A program made the position numbers and the translations under genes. 64,000 bases of DNA from contig OZ024743.1 in assembly GCA_964016885.1 (NCBI GenBank), positions 255,440,001 to 255,504,000 on the forward strand. The letters run 5' to 3'. Each line of letters opens with the position of its first letter. Within the stretch, counting starts at the first letter, position 1. Shown here in pieces: positions 53,336 through 64,000 of the stretch. The notes beneath the pieces were generated by a model. It was given only the letters and a program-made list of their open reading frames with translations, had not been told where the DNA came from and searched no databases. This stretch comes from Eledone cirrhosa. Lineage: Eukaryota.

Positions 53336-53382
53336 AGCTAACAGTGTTTCATCCATACACCATGGCAAGAATCATCTGAGCC
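53336..53382 (-). ncRNA. Degenerate hammerhead motif
   Basis: Minus strand GGCT-CAGATGA-...-GAAAC-ACT-GTT-AGCT (core U4 changed to A; stem I GGCT/AGCT). Confidence 0.4.
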
Positions 53383-54167
53383 TATAAACAATAATATATC
53401 AGTAGTTGCATGGTCCATCGAGCTGTGTCACCAGAACAAGGTTAAAGGACCAGCAGGTGTGGGGGGGGGGGGGGTCCCGAGGCCACCGCTATATGGAAAA
53501 AGACAGAATACATGATGCACATAATGTCATCAAATGTCTTAAAAATTTAAAAATTACACCAAAAATGTATCACTTAAATGGTGCAACAGATGATAAAGAG
53601 GTTGGGAGAGGGTAGCAAGGGATGAGTGAGGGTATTACTCAGCATGATCAGAAACAATAAGAAAATAATAAAAATATATAATAAAAAAAGTACAAAAATA
53701 CAGGGATAAGAAAAGAGATAAATATAAAAATACAAAATAATAAAGGAACAAAATGCCCAGAAACCCCCCCCCCCAAAAAAAAAAAATATAAGACAAACCA
53801 AAGCATAGATACATCAAAGCAGAAGCAGTGCAAAAAGAGGGTGCACAGGCAGATCAAGAGAGTTTGCAAGCATGAGTCTGTGAAAAGAATAGTTGGTTAG
53901 CAGTGGTGCAACCTTACATTTATGATAGTCCATATGAGGGCTGGTGTACTCCAATTATATCACCTTGTAACAGGTCGATTCTCCTTATCATATCTGCACC
54001 CTACGAACCACATCGATATGTTCCAGTTCTGAACGTTAAGTGAGATAACAGTTATACCTATAACGGCTCTGTAGTATACTAGTTATCCTACATTGAGCTA
54101 AAACCACACTGTCATACCAAGGGCAATATATCTGCATGTCTGGGCATATTGATATATTTGTCAAGGA

Positions 54168-54215
<48 letters not shown>

Positions 54216-54404
54216 TATTCTGTAACTTGATTATGATATTTGATGGTAGCTTATGCGATGAGAGCCAACTACAAAATCAATAGCTCTCTCACCATGATGT
54301 CGTCGAAATCATCTCTTCAAGACTGTTTTGAGTTCGAACAACGTTAGTAGTCCCAACATAAACAGGTGGTTGCTACTACACATATATTCATATATATCTC
54401 TATG

Positions 54405-54731
54405 ACTTAGTGGTTAGAGCATTGGGCTTGCAATCGAAAAGTTGTGAGCTCAATACTCAGACCGGGTGATGTGTTGTTTCCTTGAGCAAGACACTTTATT
54501 TCACATTGCTCCAGTTTACTCAGCTGTAGAAATGAGATGATAGGGAATGGGGTCCCTATCATTCCACTACAAAGTGGTCGTGGAGCTGCCACGGCAAAAA
54601 AGCACCCTGCACTCACTGTAAATGAGGTTGGTGTTAGGAAGGGCATCCAGCTGTAGAAATCAAGCCAAAATCAATTCCCATCCCACCCTTGAAAGCAGGG
54701 AAAAGCGCACGTAAAATTATGATGATGATGA
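54405..54731 (+). mobile_element. CORE-like SINE with RTE tail
   Basis: Copy of 15102-15450. Confidence 0.85.
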
Positions 54732-54802
54732 TATGCACAAACACTCTCTCTCACATACATACACACACACACACTAACACACACACATATATATATATAT
54801 CT

Positions 54803-54920
54803 ATATTCATATTATTAAGGCTAAATATCAAGTCTTGTTACAGGATTCACTATTTAGCCTTAATAAAATGAATATTAAACTGTACTTTATTATTGAGTAC
54901 TCTTTTCTCTCAGCCACCAA
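54803..54920. mobile_element. Fold-back fragment of the 175-385 family starting at the predicted ribozyme cleavage site
   Basis: ATATTCATATTATTAAGGCTAAATA...TCTTGT-T-ACAGGA...TATTTAGCCTTAATAAAATGAATAT. The tail aligns with 298-360. Confidence 0.6.
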
Positions 54921-55282
54921 CCACATATGGATCATCATCATCATTTTACGTCCGCTTTTCCTTGCTTGCAAGGGTTGGACAGGTCCTATTCAGCACAGCA
55001 TCTCTCCACAGATGTTAAACAACGATGATGATGATGATGATATATATACATATATATATATGTGTATATAAATGCTTACATACATACATATATATGTGTG
55101 TATGTGTGTAGAATGTAGATGAGAATCAGCACCAAAGTTGAATAAAATTATACGACCATAATATAGCGAGACATATATTTTATTGTGAGACATATCTTTT
55201 ATTGTTTTCCAACTTAATAGGATTGAATATAAAATTGATAATTATTATCATATAGATTTTATTACAAACTTTCCAACATATA

Positions 55283-58170
55283 TCATCATCATCATCATCA
55301 TCATCGTTTAACGTCCATGTTCCACGCTTGAATGGGTTTGGACGGGAGTTTTCCCACTTGAGGCAAGAGTGGTTGTCTTGCTCGCATAGGACTGTCTGGC
55401 GGGTTTTCTACAGCTGGATGCCCTTCCTAACACCAACCACATTTACAGTGTGGGACTGGGAGGTTTTTACCGTGTTGCCTACACGGCCACATTACAGCGT
55501 GGACTGTGTGTTTCTTGTCGTGACACCTACACGATCTCATTTGTTTCGGCCTGGATGTTGTGGCACCAACATAAATTTACATTGAAAGGGGCGGTGTGGA
55601 TGGGGTGGGGGTGGTGGGACGGGGGTGTATTTTGTTAGAGATGCCTACTGACTGTAGTAGGTTTTACTTTGTATTTAGGTAAGGCGGGTCTTCTCTGTTA
55701 CTGAGTACCGCCAAAGATCTCGGTCCAGTGACATTGTCTTGGAGAGGTGTAAGTGTGTGAATTTATCAGCTCGTCCCAGGTTTTTCTGGGTCTGCCTACT
55801 CCGTGGCTACCATCTATCTTTATTGCCCTGCACTTTGTTATACAGCTGTCGTCTTTCATGCGCATCACGTGACCATACCAACGTAGCCTTCTCTCGAGTA
55901 AACAACATCTGATCCCTCTTATTTCTAATTTTTTCCTTAGTTCGTTTATGCTTTGCCGTTCACGTATATTACTATTATACATCCAGCGGAGCATGCAAGC
56001 TTCGTTCCTCTCTAGTCTGCGTATATCCTCTGCACACAATGCCCAGGTCTCACTGCCATGCAACATTGCTGTTCGTATGCCGGCATCATACAAACCTGCC
56101 TTTCATTTTTAGGGAGAACCCTTTAGCAGCTAATAGTGGTATAAACTCTCTGAACTTTTTCCATCCAGTTCTGACTCTAGCTACTGTACTTTCAGAGCAT
56201 CCTCCGCCACTGCTGATTTTGTCACCCAGGTAACGGAAGCTATCCACTATTTCTATAGAACCCTCTGCGCAATTGAAAGATATAGTATTGTGTGGGCACT
56301 TGCTGCTACTTATTGCACCAGAGCACCGGCCACATGTAAAATCTGTGTTCTTAGTTAGCTTACCTGTGATCCCACTACATCTTTTATGCACCCATACTTT
56401 GCATTTGGGACATAAAATGGAGTTTCTATCTACGCCTTTCCTACACACTGAGCATGGCCATTTCCCGGAAGGGACCGGCGCCTTATTGTCTTTCCTACAA
56501 ACTAGAACTTTAGTCTTGGCCAGGTTAATTTTAAGGCCTTTTCATTCTAGGCCGTGCTTCCATGTTTGGAATTTCTTCTCTAGCTCGGCCATTGATTCAG
56601 CTATGAACGTTAGATCATCTGCGTATAGGAGTTCCCATGGGCAGCCGGTCTTGAACTCCTCTGTTATAGCCTGAAGGGCAATAATAAATAGTAGGGGGCT
56701 AAGAACAGAGCCCTGATGGACACCAACTTTTACGCTAAACTCTTCACTATATTCGTTGTTAATTCTAACCTCGCTGACTGTTTCTTTATACATGGCTTGT
56801 ATAGCTCTCACAAGCCATTCGTCAACACCTAGTTTTCTAAGAGCCCACCAGATAATGGAACGGGGGAATCTGTCGAAGGCTTTCTCCAAGTCGACAAAAG
56901 CTAAGTATAGGGGTCTACTTTTAGCTAGGTACTTCTCCTGTAGTTGTCGTTCAATGAAAAGAGCGTCTGTGGTACTTTTGCCTGACACAAACCCGAACTG
57001 CATTTCATCTAGATCAATTCTCTCTCTGATTAGTTGCCCTATTACTTTTTCCGTGACCTTCATGACCTGGTCGATTAATTTAATGCCTCTATACTTACTC
57101 CTATCTAGGGCGTCTCCTTTACCCTTGTAACAGTTAACGATGATGCTGCTACGCCAGTCCTTCGGAACAACCCCATTCTGTATGACTTGGTTTACTATCC
57201 GGGTGACCATGGTGTGTCCCACCGTACCAGAGGCTTTCAGCATCTCAGCAACTATTTCGGAAGGCCCAGCCGCCTTACCCGTCTTCATATCTTTGATTGC
57301 CTTACTTATTATACTACCTTCGACTAACACTGCTGGTCCCTCTATTGGGTCGATGTGGGGGAGACTGTCTTTCTCCCATTTATTTTCCTCATTTAGTAGC
57401 CTTTCGTAGTGACACTTCCAAGCTACCTTCTTATCAGCGTCAGTGATGGCAAGTACGCCATCATCGTTAAGTACACACTTCTCCCCGACAATATCACGGT
57501 TTTCCTTGACACATTGCCTAGCAATCCTGAACACCTCACGTTTTGGTACTCGCGTTGTAGAACATGCTTGAACTTTCTTTCCTCTGCTTCCCTTCTTGCG
57601 AAGTACACTTGTCTCCTAGCTTCCCTCCTGGCCACTTGATAGTCTTCTCTACTTCCCCCATCCCGCCATGCTTTCCAAGCCTGCTTCTTGGCCTTGATTG
57701 ACCCCTCCATCTTACTGTTCCACCACCATGTTACTCTCCTCCTCCCTACAGGCCTGCTCCAGCCACAGACTTCGTCTGCCGCCATCAGCAGGTTTGCTTT
57801 CAGGAATTCCCACTGTTCCTCTACCTTGTACGACTCTAATTGCTCTTACTTACTGTCGAAAGCATCAAGTAATATGCTTTGAAATTTATTTCTGGCTGTG
57901 GGATCCTTTAGCTTCCATATTTTTCTCCTGAGGATAGTCCTCTTCTGCTGTCTAGTACGTCTCGTCCTGACTATGAGGTCGCTAATTATCAGTCTATGTT
58001 GGGAGGTGCATTCTTCATGGGGGAGGGATTTAGTGTTTACAACAGACACTCTGTAACGTCTTCTGGTAAGGATATAATCTAACTGGCTGGTATGTTCTCC
58101 TGATCTGTAGGTGATCAAGTGATTGTCTAGTTTTTTGAAGTTAGTGTTACAGATAGTTAGGTTGTTTGCA
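55283..58170 (-). mobile_element. 5'-truncated RTE LINE (APE C-terminus + RT), frameshifted
   Basis: SQLDYIL..SQHRLII; [58 protein letters not shown]; (CAT)n tail on the plus strand. Confidence 0.92.
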
Positions 58171-58884
58171 TATATATATAATCTCAGACATTCACTTCTA
58201 AATATACACTTGTATGTATGTATGGAAAATGGACGTTAAACGATGATGATGATGATGTATTTAGATATGTGTGTGTATATATACACACACACATGGATGT
58301 ATATCTTCTCATACACACACATACATATATATATATATGTGTGTGTGTGCATATATTAACTCAAACTCACATATATATATACATTCAGGCACACACATGA
58401 TGGAACAGAAAATAATCACACAGAAACACACATATATATGCACATGGGAGAGAGAGAGGGCGGTGCAGGAGAAATATAAGAATTTGTTTTCTTGTGGATA
58501 AACTTGCCTATTACAGTCTGTTTGCTGTGTTCCATAAGTCTGTAAGCCTTTTCATAATAGTTAAAGTTAAAAATGCTGCTTTACTGATGGGACAGTATAT
58601 GCTTCCATATTTCCGTAGTGATATCTAAGATCAGATGTAGTTATAGTGTGACATCTACATATATTGATACTACCATCTAGTGTATATTTACATGGTAGTG
58701 ATAGTGTGTGCGTGTGTGTGTGTGTGTTTATGTGTGTGAGAATGAGAAAGATAATGATAATAAAGTAGGAAGATTGGAAAAGAATTATAAAGATAAATAT
58801 GTTTTTTGTGATGATTATATTGATAATTGTATTTTTCATGATGACAATGATGATAGCTATGATGAAGTTGATGACTATGATAAT

Positions 58885-59065
58885 AATTGTTTCTACTTTT
58901 TGGCACAAGGCCAGCAATTACCCAGTGCTTTACTGGTACTTTATTTTATCGATCCTGTAAGAATGAAAGGCAAAGTAAACATCGGCGGGATTTGAACTCA
59001 GAATGTCAAGGGTCATAACTCTATGCGTCGAAGCATGGCGTCCGACCCTCTACCGATACTGCCAA
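58885..59065 (-). mobile_element. Meta-like SINE
   Basis: Copy of the 390-570 family. Confidence 0.8.
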
Positions 59066-59122
59066 TGACAATAATGGTAATGACGATGATTTCAATAAGA
59101 TTGATGATGATGATGATGATGA

Positions 59123-59772
59123 TCATCATCATCATCACCGTTTTACGTCCGTTCTTCCATGCTAGCATGGGTTAGACGGGTTGTCCTGTTGTGGGCAGTG
59201 TCTGGTCGGCTGACCATGCCTTGCTCATACAGGAACTGATTTTGGCTTGATTTCTACAGCTGGATGCTCTTCCTAACACCAACCTCATTTACAGTGAGTG
59301 CTGGTTGCTTTTTCCGTGGCGCCTACACGTCCACTTTAGAGTGTGGGCTGGGTGCTTTTTTGCCGTGGCACCTCCACGACCACCTTGCAGTGGGAGGGTG
59401 TGGAGGCATATTGTTATATGCTTCAGCTTGTAGCCATGGGAGGTCGGGTACTCTGTTTTACTGCGTGACGCCAGAGGTCACGGTCGTGTGTCATCGCCTT
59501 TGACAGGTGTAATTGGGTAAGGTCGGCTTTTATCACCTCATCCCAGGTCTTCTTGGGTCTCCCCACTCCGCGGTTTCCATTGACTTCTAGTGCTCTGCAC
59601 CTTTTTATGCAGCTGTCATCCTTCATACGCATCACATGTCCATACCAATGCAACCGCCTCTCCTGCACACAGCATTTGATTCCTCTTATGCTCAGTCTCT
59701 CTCTCAATTCTTTTATGCTTTGTTGTTCACGTATATTACTATTACACATCCATCGGAGCATGCAGGCTTCGT
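59123..59772 (-). mobile_element. RTE LINE 3' fragment
   Basis: EACMLRWMC...ERRLHWYGHVMRM...GRPKKTWDEV, plus 3' UTR and (CAT)n. It is abutted by a SINE at ~59778-59990. Confidence 0.85.
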
Positions 59773-59777
59773 ATAAT

Positions 59778-59990
59778 AATAGTTTCTTATTTAGGCACAA
59801 GGCTAGCAGTTTTTGGGGAGGGGCAATGTCAATTGAATTGACACCAGTGCATGACTGGTACTTTACATTATCGACCCTCATAAATATGAACGGCAAAGCT
59901 AACCTCTATGGGATTTGAACTCAAAATGTAGAGAACCGTAACTCTATGCCACAAAGCTGGGTGTCTGACACTCTACCAATACTGCCAAAG
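59778..59990 (-). mobile_element. Meta-like SINE, degenerate
   Basis: TTTAGGCACAAGGCTAGCAG...CTGGTACTTT..ATCGACCC...GGATTTGAACTC...CTGCCAA. Confidence 0.7.
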
Positions 59991-60269
59991 TATAATAATG
60001 ATGATGATGCTAATATATGAGAAGAGATAATTAAAGAGATGATGTTGATGTCAATCTTTCAAAGAGAGACAGATAAACATAAAGAAGGACTCACAAAAAT
60101 CATTGTCTCCTCTTTATGGAAATCAGCATGAGTACAACAGAATATATGCTTCTCCAACTTAGTTTCCATAACTCCTTTTGATGAAGTCATTATATTCCAA
60201 AATATCAAGGACAAATTAAACACCTCCAAAGTAACATTCCATCAACTTTGCTATCATTATTTTAATGTT

Positions 60270-60390
60270 TACGGCCCTTTATGGTCTGAGTTCAAATCCC
60301 GCCGAGGTTAACTTTGCCTTTCACCATAACCGGGTCGATAAAATAAAGTACCAGTAATTCCTGGCCTTGTACCAAAAGTAGAAACAATTA
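60270..60390 (+). mobile_element. Meta-like SINE, 5'-truncated
   Basis: CTGAGTTCAAATCCCGCCGAGGTTAACTTTGCCTTTCA...GTAGAAACAATT. Confidence 0.75.
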
Positions 60391-63212
60391 TTTTAACATT
60401 TAATGTCATGCAGGCTTCAAAAATATGGTCAAACCATCTGAATCCTGGAATCTCAATGCCACTTGTTCAAGGAAAACTGATGGTTCCTATACCCAACTGT
60501 TCAACATTTCATGGCAAAAGCACACTACCACCAACGTTCTTTATGGTGATCTGCCATAAGATTCATTGAATGTTCGATCTCATTGCTTGGCTCCTGTTGG
60601 TTATGTTTCCCTCCATGATAAACATGTAAGGAAACTGCTTCTCTGGTCACCAGACGCAAAGTGCCAAGTAGGATATCCAAACTTAACAATCAAGACTCTG
60701 TTGATGGCAGACACTGACCTCATTTGACTGAATTCTCTTGCTGTGATGGGAGATTATGAAGTCCGGAACAAGATCTTTGTGCATGTTTCACCTTTGATGA
60801 TAAGATGACTCAAGAAGAGAGAGAAGAGAAAAACACTATTGTCTACTTGAAAGAAATGTTTTTATAAATTTATAACTCACACTTATTTAGTTTTATCTGA
60901 CCTCTAACATGGTTATATCTCGTAATAGGGTCCGTGGGGGTTTTAATGATAGAGGCTCATATTTTGTCTTGAAATGCAATATTAAATGTTGCATCCCTAA
61001 CCGCACACTTGGCTAAGGATTCACTGAAATTATTGATTCTTGTTCATAAAGATACAACCAAGGGCTTACAAAAGTAATACACCCTCTTACTGTAGCCAAA
61101 ATTACAGTGTGTCACAACATTCATTAACTCCATATTATAGTTGCCATACTATTGTGTTGTCAAAGTCATAAACTCATCTTTATAGAATTACAACTAATGA
61201 TGAGTTGCTAAAATCATTTATGGAAGTATAACTAATAATGGATTGCTAAAATCATTGACTCGTGTTAAAGGAAATACAAACAAGGACTAGGCCCATTGCT
61301 TCTCAATTGTGCCTCAACATATTAAGAAATGTTTATGGTGATATGCTTATTTCAAATCTCCATCTTAGGATGACTATGAATTAGAGTCTGTATTCAGAAT
61401 GTTCTGAAGTTGCCTCAAGCCCGATGGTAGGCCTGCTAAGTAATCACCACAACAAATTGACTCCTATTTAAGAAACTAAAATTAAGGTGATGTCATCATT
61501 ATGCTTATGAAGCTAAAATTAAAACAGTCACCAATCAAATTAATTCCTGTTCATGAAGCTAAAACCAAGAAGTCACTAAAATAATTGATTTGTTTCTATC
61601 AAGCTAAAACTAGAGAATAATCACCAATGTTATTGATACCAGTTTATCTGACTAAATCCCTGCAAATTCTTCAAAACGATTTGAAAATTATAAACGGTGT
61701 CTTTCATTAGAACTATGGTAATGAGAGGGTTAACAAACTTTAATGCTGGTTTGTTAAGACAGTCAGTTCTCTCAAACATATCCATATTTAATTAAATATA
61801 TTTGGTTCTATGTTTGCCTGGTGTGCTGTACATAGTTATTTATTCATGGTTAGCTGTGTGAAATACTGGAGTGTGTCGTAGCAAGTAGTATGGTATTGAT
61901 TTCACTGATTGACTTATTGTGATTGAATTGATGAAATATTATTAACAGCAGGAGATGGTGGTGGTGGTCGTGGTGGTGGTGCCGGTGGTGATTGAGGTAG
62001 TATTTCTGGTGGTAGTGAAGGTGTTGATGAGGGTTGTGGTGTTGGTGATAGTGATGGTGGTGATGCAATTGGTGATAGGGGTATTAGTGATGGTAGTTAC
62101 GGTGTTTTTAGTGTTGGTGTTGCTGCGTTGATGTTGATTATTATTTTGATTGTGGTGGGGGTGATTGTGGTCGTGGTATTCATACTACTAGTAGTAGTAG
62201 TAATAATGCCCATAGTGGTGGTGAAGGTATGTGTACGTCTGTATGTTTTCACTGATGTAGAATAAACAAGGTAGCTATTTGGATATGGTGTGGTGGACTT
62301 TAGGTTTTCTGCTCAAATTCACTTAAAGAAATATTTTGTGGCTATTGGTGTTGTCTATTTGAGGCGGTACAGTTGATTCAACATGTTTCAGAGGTGAGAC
62401 AATACCAACCAGCTCTGTGAAGATTAGGCAACTGCTACAATTGTATATAAAAGATAAATCTTTACCAACATATATGTAAAATGCACCAAGTACACTCTGT
62501 AAAGTAGTAGTACCAGTGCCAGAAAAGAATCACTGAACAGATTTTATGGGCAAAAGCAGCTGGCAGGAGATCCAGGAGTAGACCCCGAGCAAATGGCTGG
62601 ATTAAATCCATGAGCACAGTTGGTCTCGCTTGGTGATCCAACCACATCAATTGAAGATGGTTGCTTCTAACTGGACCTTCTGGGAGGCATACTTGAGGGT
62701 GCTCTCAGGAATAAGTGCGCGAAGAAGAAAAAGAGAAGATATATACAAATCCTCTCTGAGACTGACATACATAGACATATGCATGTGTTTTTGTATGAAT
62801 ATATATATATTTATATGAGCACATGTGTTCACACATAGAGAATGCATTTGTTTGAGCTGTGCTATTTAATCCACATTAATGTTTCTGATATTAGCATTAC
62901 CACATTATATTTTGTTAGAGAGAGCACAGAGGACTGCATTGGCATTTCTAGAAGATAGCATATCTATATCTCACTCTCTCTATATATATATATTTATATA
63001 AACATAATTTGCTTCCACTCTTAATATGGGCTATACCTTTATGTATTCATGAGTGAATAATAATAATGTGATGAGAATACTCAATCTTCATCAGGAACCA
63101 AAACAATTATGAATTATTTTTTTCTCAGCTACCGCTGGAACAAAAGAATTACGTTAGTCATCTAGCACATGGTGTTTATGGGGCTTTTTGCTTGCAAACA
63201 AAGTGAATATTA

Positions 63213-63630
63213 ATAATTGTTTCTACTTTTGGCACAAGGCCAGCAATTATTGCAGTGTATTACTGGTACTTTATTTTATCGACCCCGTAAGGATGAAAGG
63301 CAAAGTTAACCTTGGCAAGATTTGAACTCAGATCATAAAGGGCCATAACTCTATGCTACAAAGCATGGCATCCGACCCTCTACCGATACTGCCAATCCAC
63401 CACTCTTAGCAAATATCAATAATATGAGATTATTAGAAGGGGGGTGAATTGGTAGTATTGGTAGAGGGTCTGACACCATGCTTTGCAGCATAGAGTTATG
63501 TCAATTTATGGTCTGAGTTCAAATCCCGCTAAGGTTAACTTTGCTTTTCATCCTTATGGCGTCGATAAAATGAAGCACCAGTAATGTACTGGAGTAATTG
63601 CCTGGCCGTGTGCCAAAATTAGAAACAATT
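63213..63630. mobile_element. Head-to-head pair of Meta-like SINEs (63213-63400 minus; 63440-63630 plus)
   Basis: Two near-full-length copies in inverted orientation ~40 bp apart. Confidence 0.85.
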
Positions 63631-64000
63631 TTTCTAATATTATAATTATTCACTCACAAATACATTTAGATATCCACTATGTTAAGAGCATGAACAAATT
63701 ATGTATTTCAATTTTCGGCAACTGTACATTCGCTCAGTATGCAAATGAGGCTAATCAGCCAACTATACATTTGAGAATGCTATGTATTCTCAGCAGTTCC
63801 AGCGGGTAGCTGTGATGATAATACACATTCTTGATAAGGAACAAACACTCCAGAAAAATTGTTCATTGTTTTCTCTCAGTTACTGCTGGAACAAAGGGAT
63901 GATGTTAGTCATCTAACATGTGGTCTTTATGCTTGCAAAGAAACTGAATATTAATGATATTATATTATTATAGTATTGTCATTATTATTCACTCACGAAT

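Overview
AT-rich eukaryotic DNA made almost entirely of transposable elements and micro/minisatellites. No intact host protein-coding gene, rRNA, true tRNA gene or CRISPR array is evident. The repeat mix of tRNA-derived SINEs, RTE LINEs with (ATG)n tails and long (TA)n/(CA)n tracts resembles an octopus/cephalopod intron or intergenic region; this is an inference. Recognisable elements are four 5'-truncated Penelope-like retroelements (GIY-YIG endonuclease +/- RT), each with a large inverted copy of its own 3' end, two long RTE LINE copies plus many fragments, a CR1-type fragment, two mariner remnants, non-autonomous Helitrons, two SINE families, a 40-bp minisatellite and a GGTT satellite. The most striking signal is about a dozen type I hammerhead ribozyme (HHR) motifs, several with enlarged stem II. 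Six short non-coding insertions are fold-back hairpins whose apex lies in or right beside the hammerhead, one of them at the predicted cleavage site. All coordinates and pairings were read by eye, so element boundaries are approximate.
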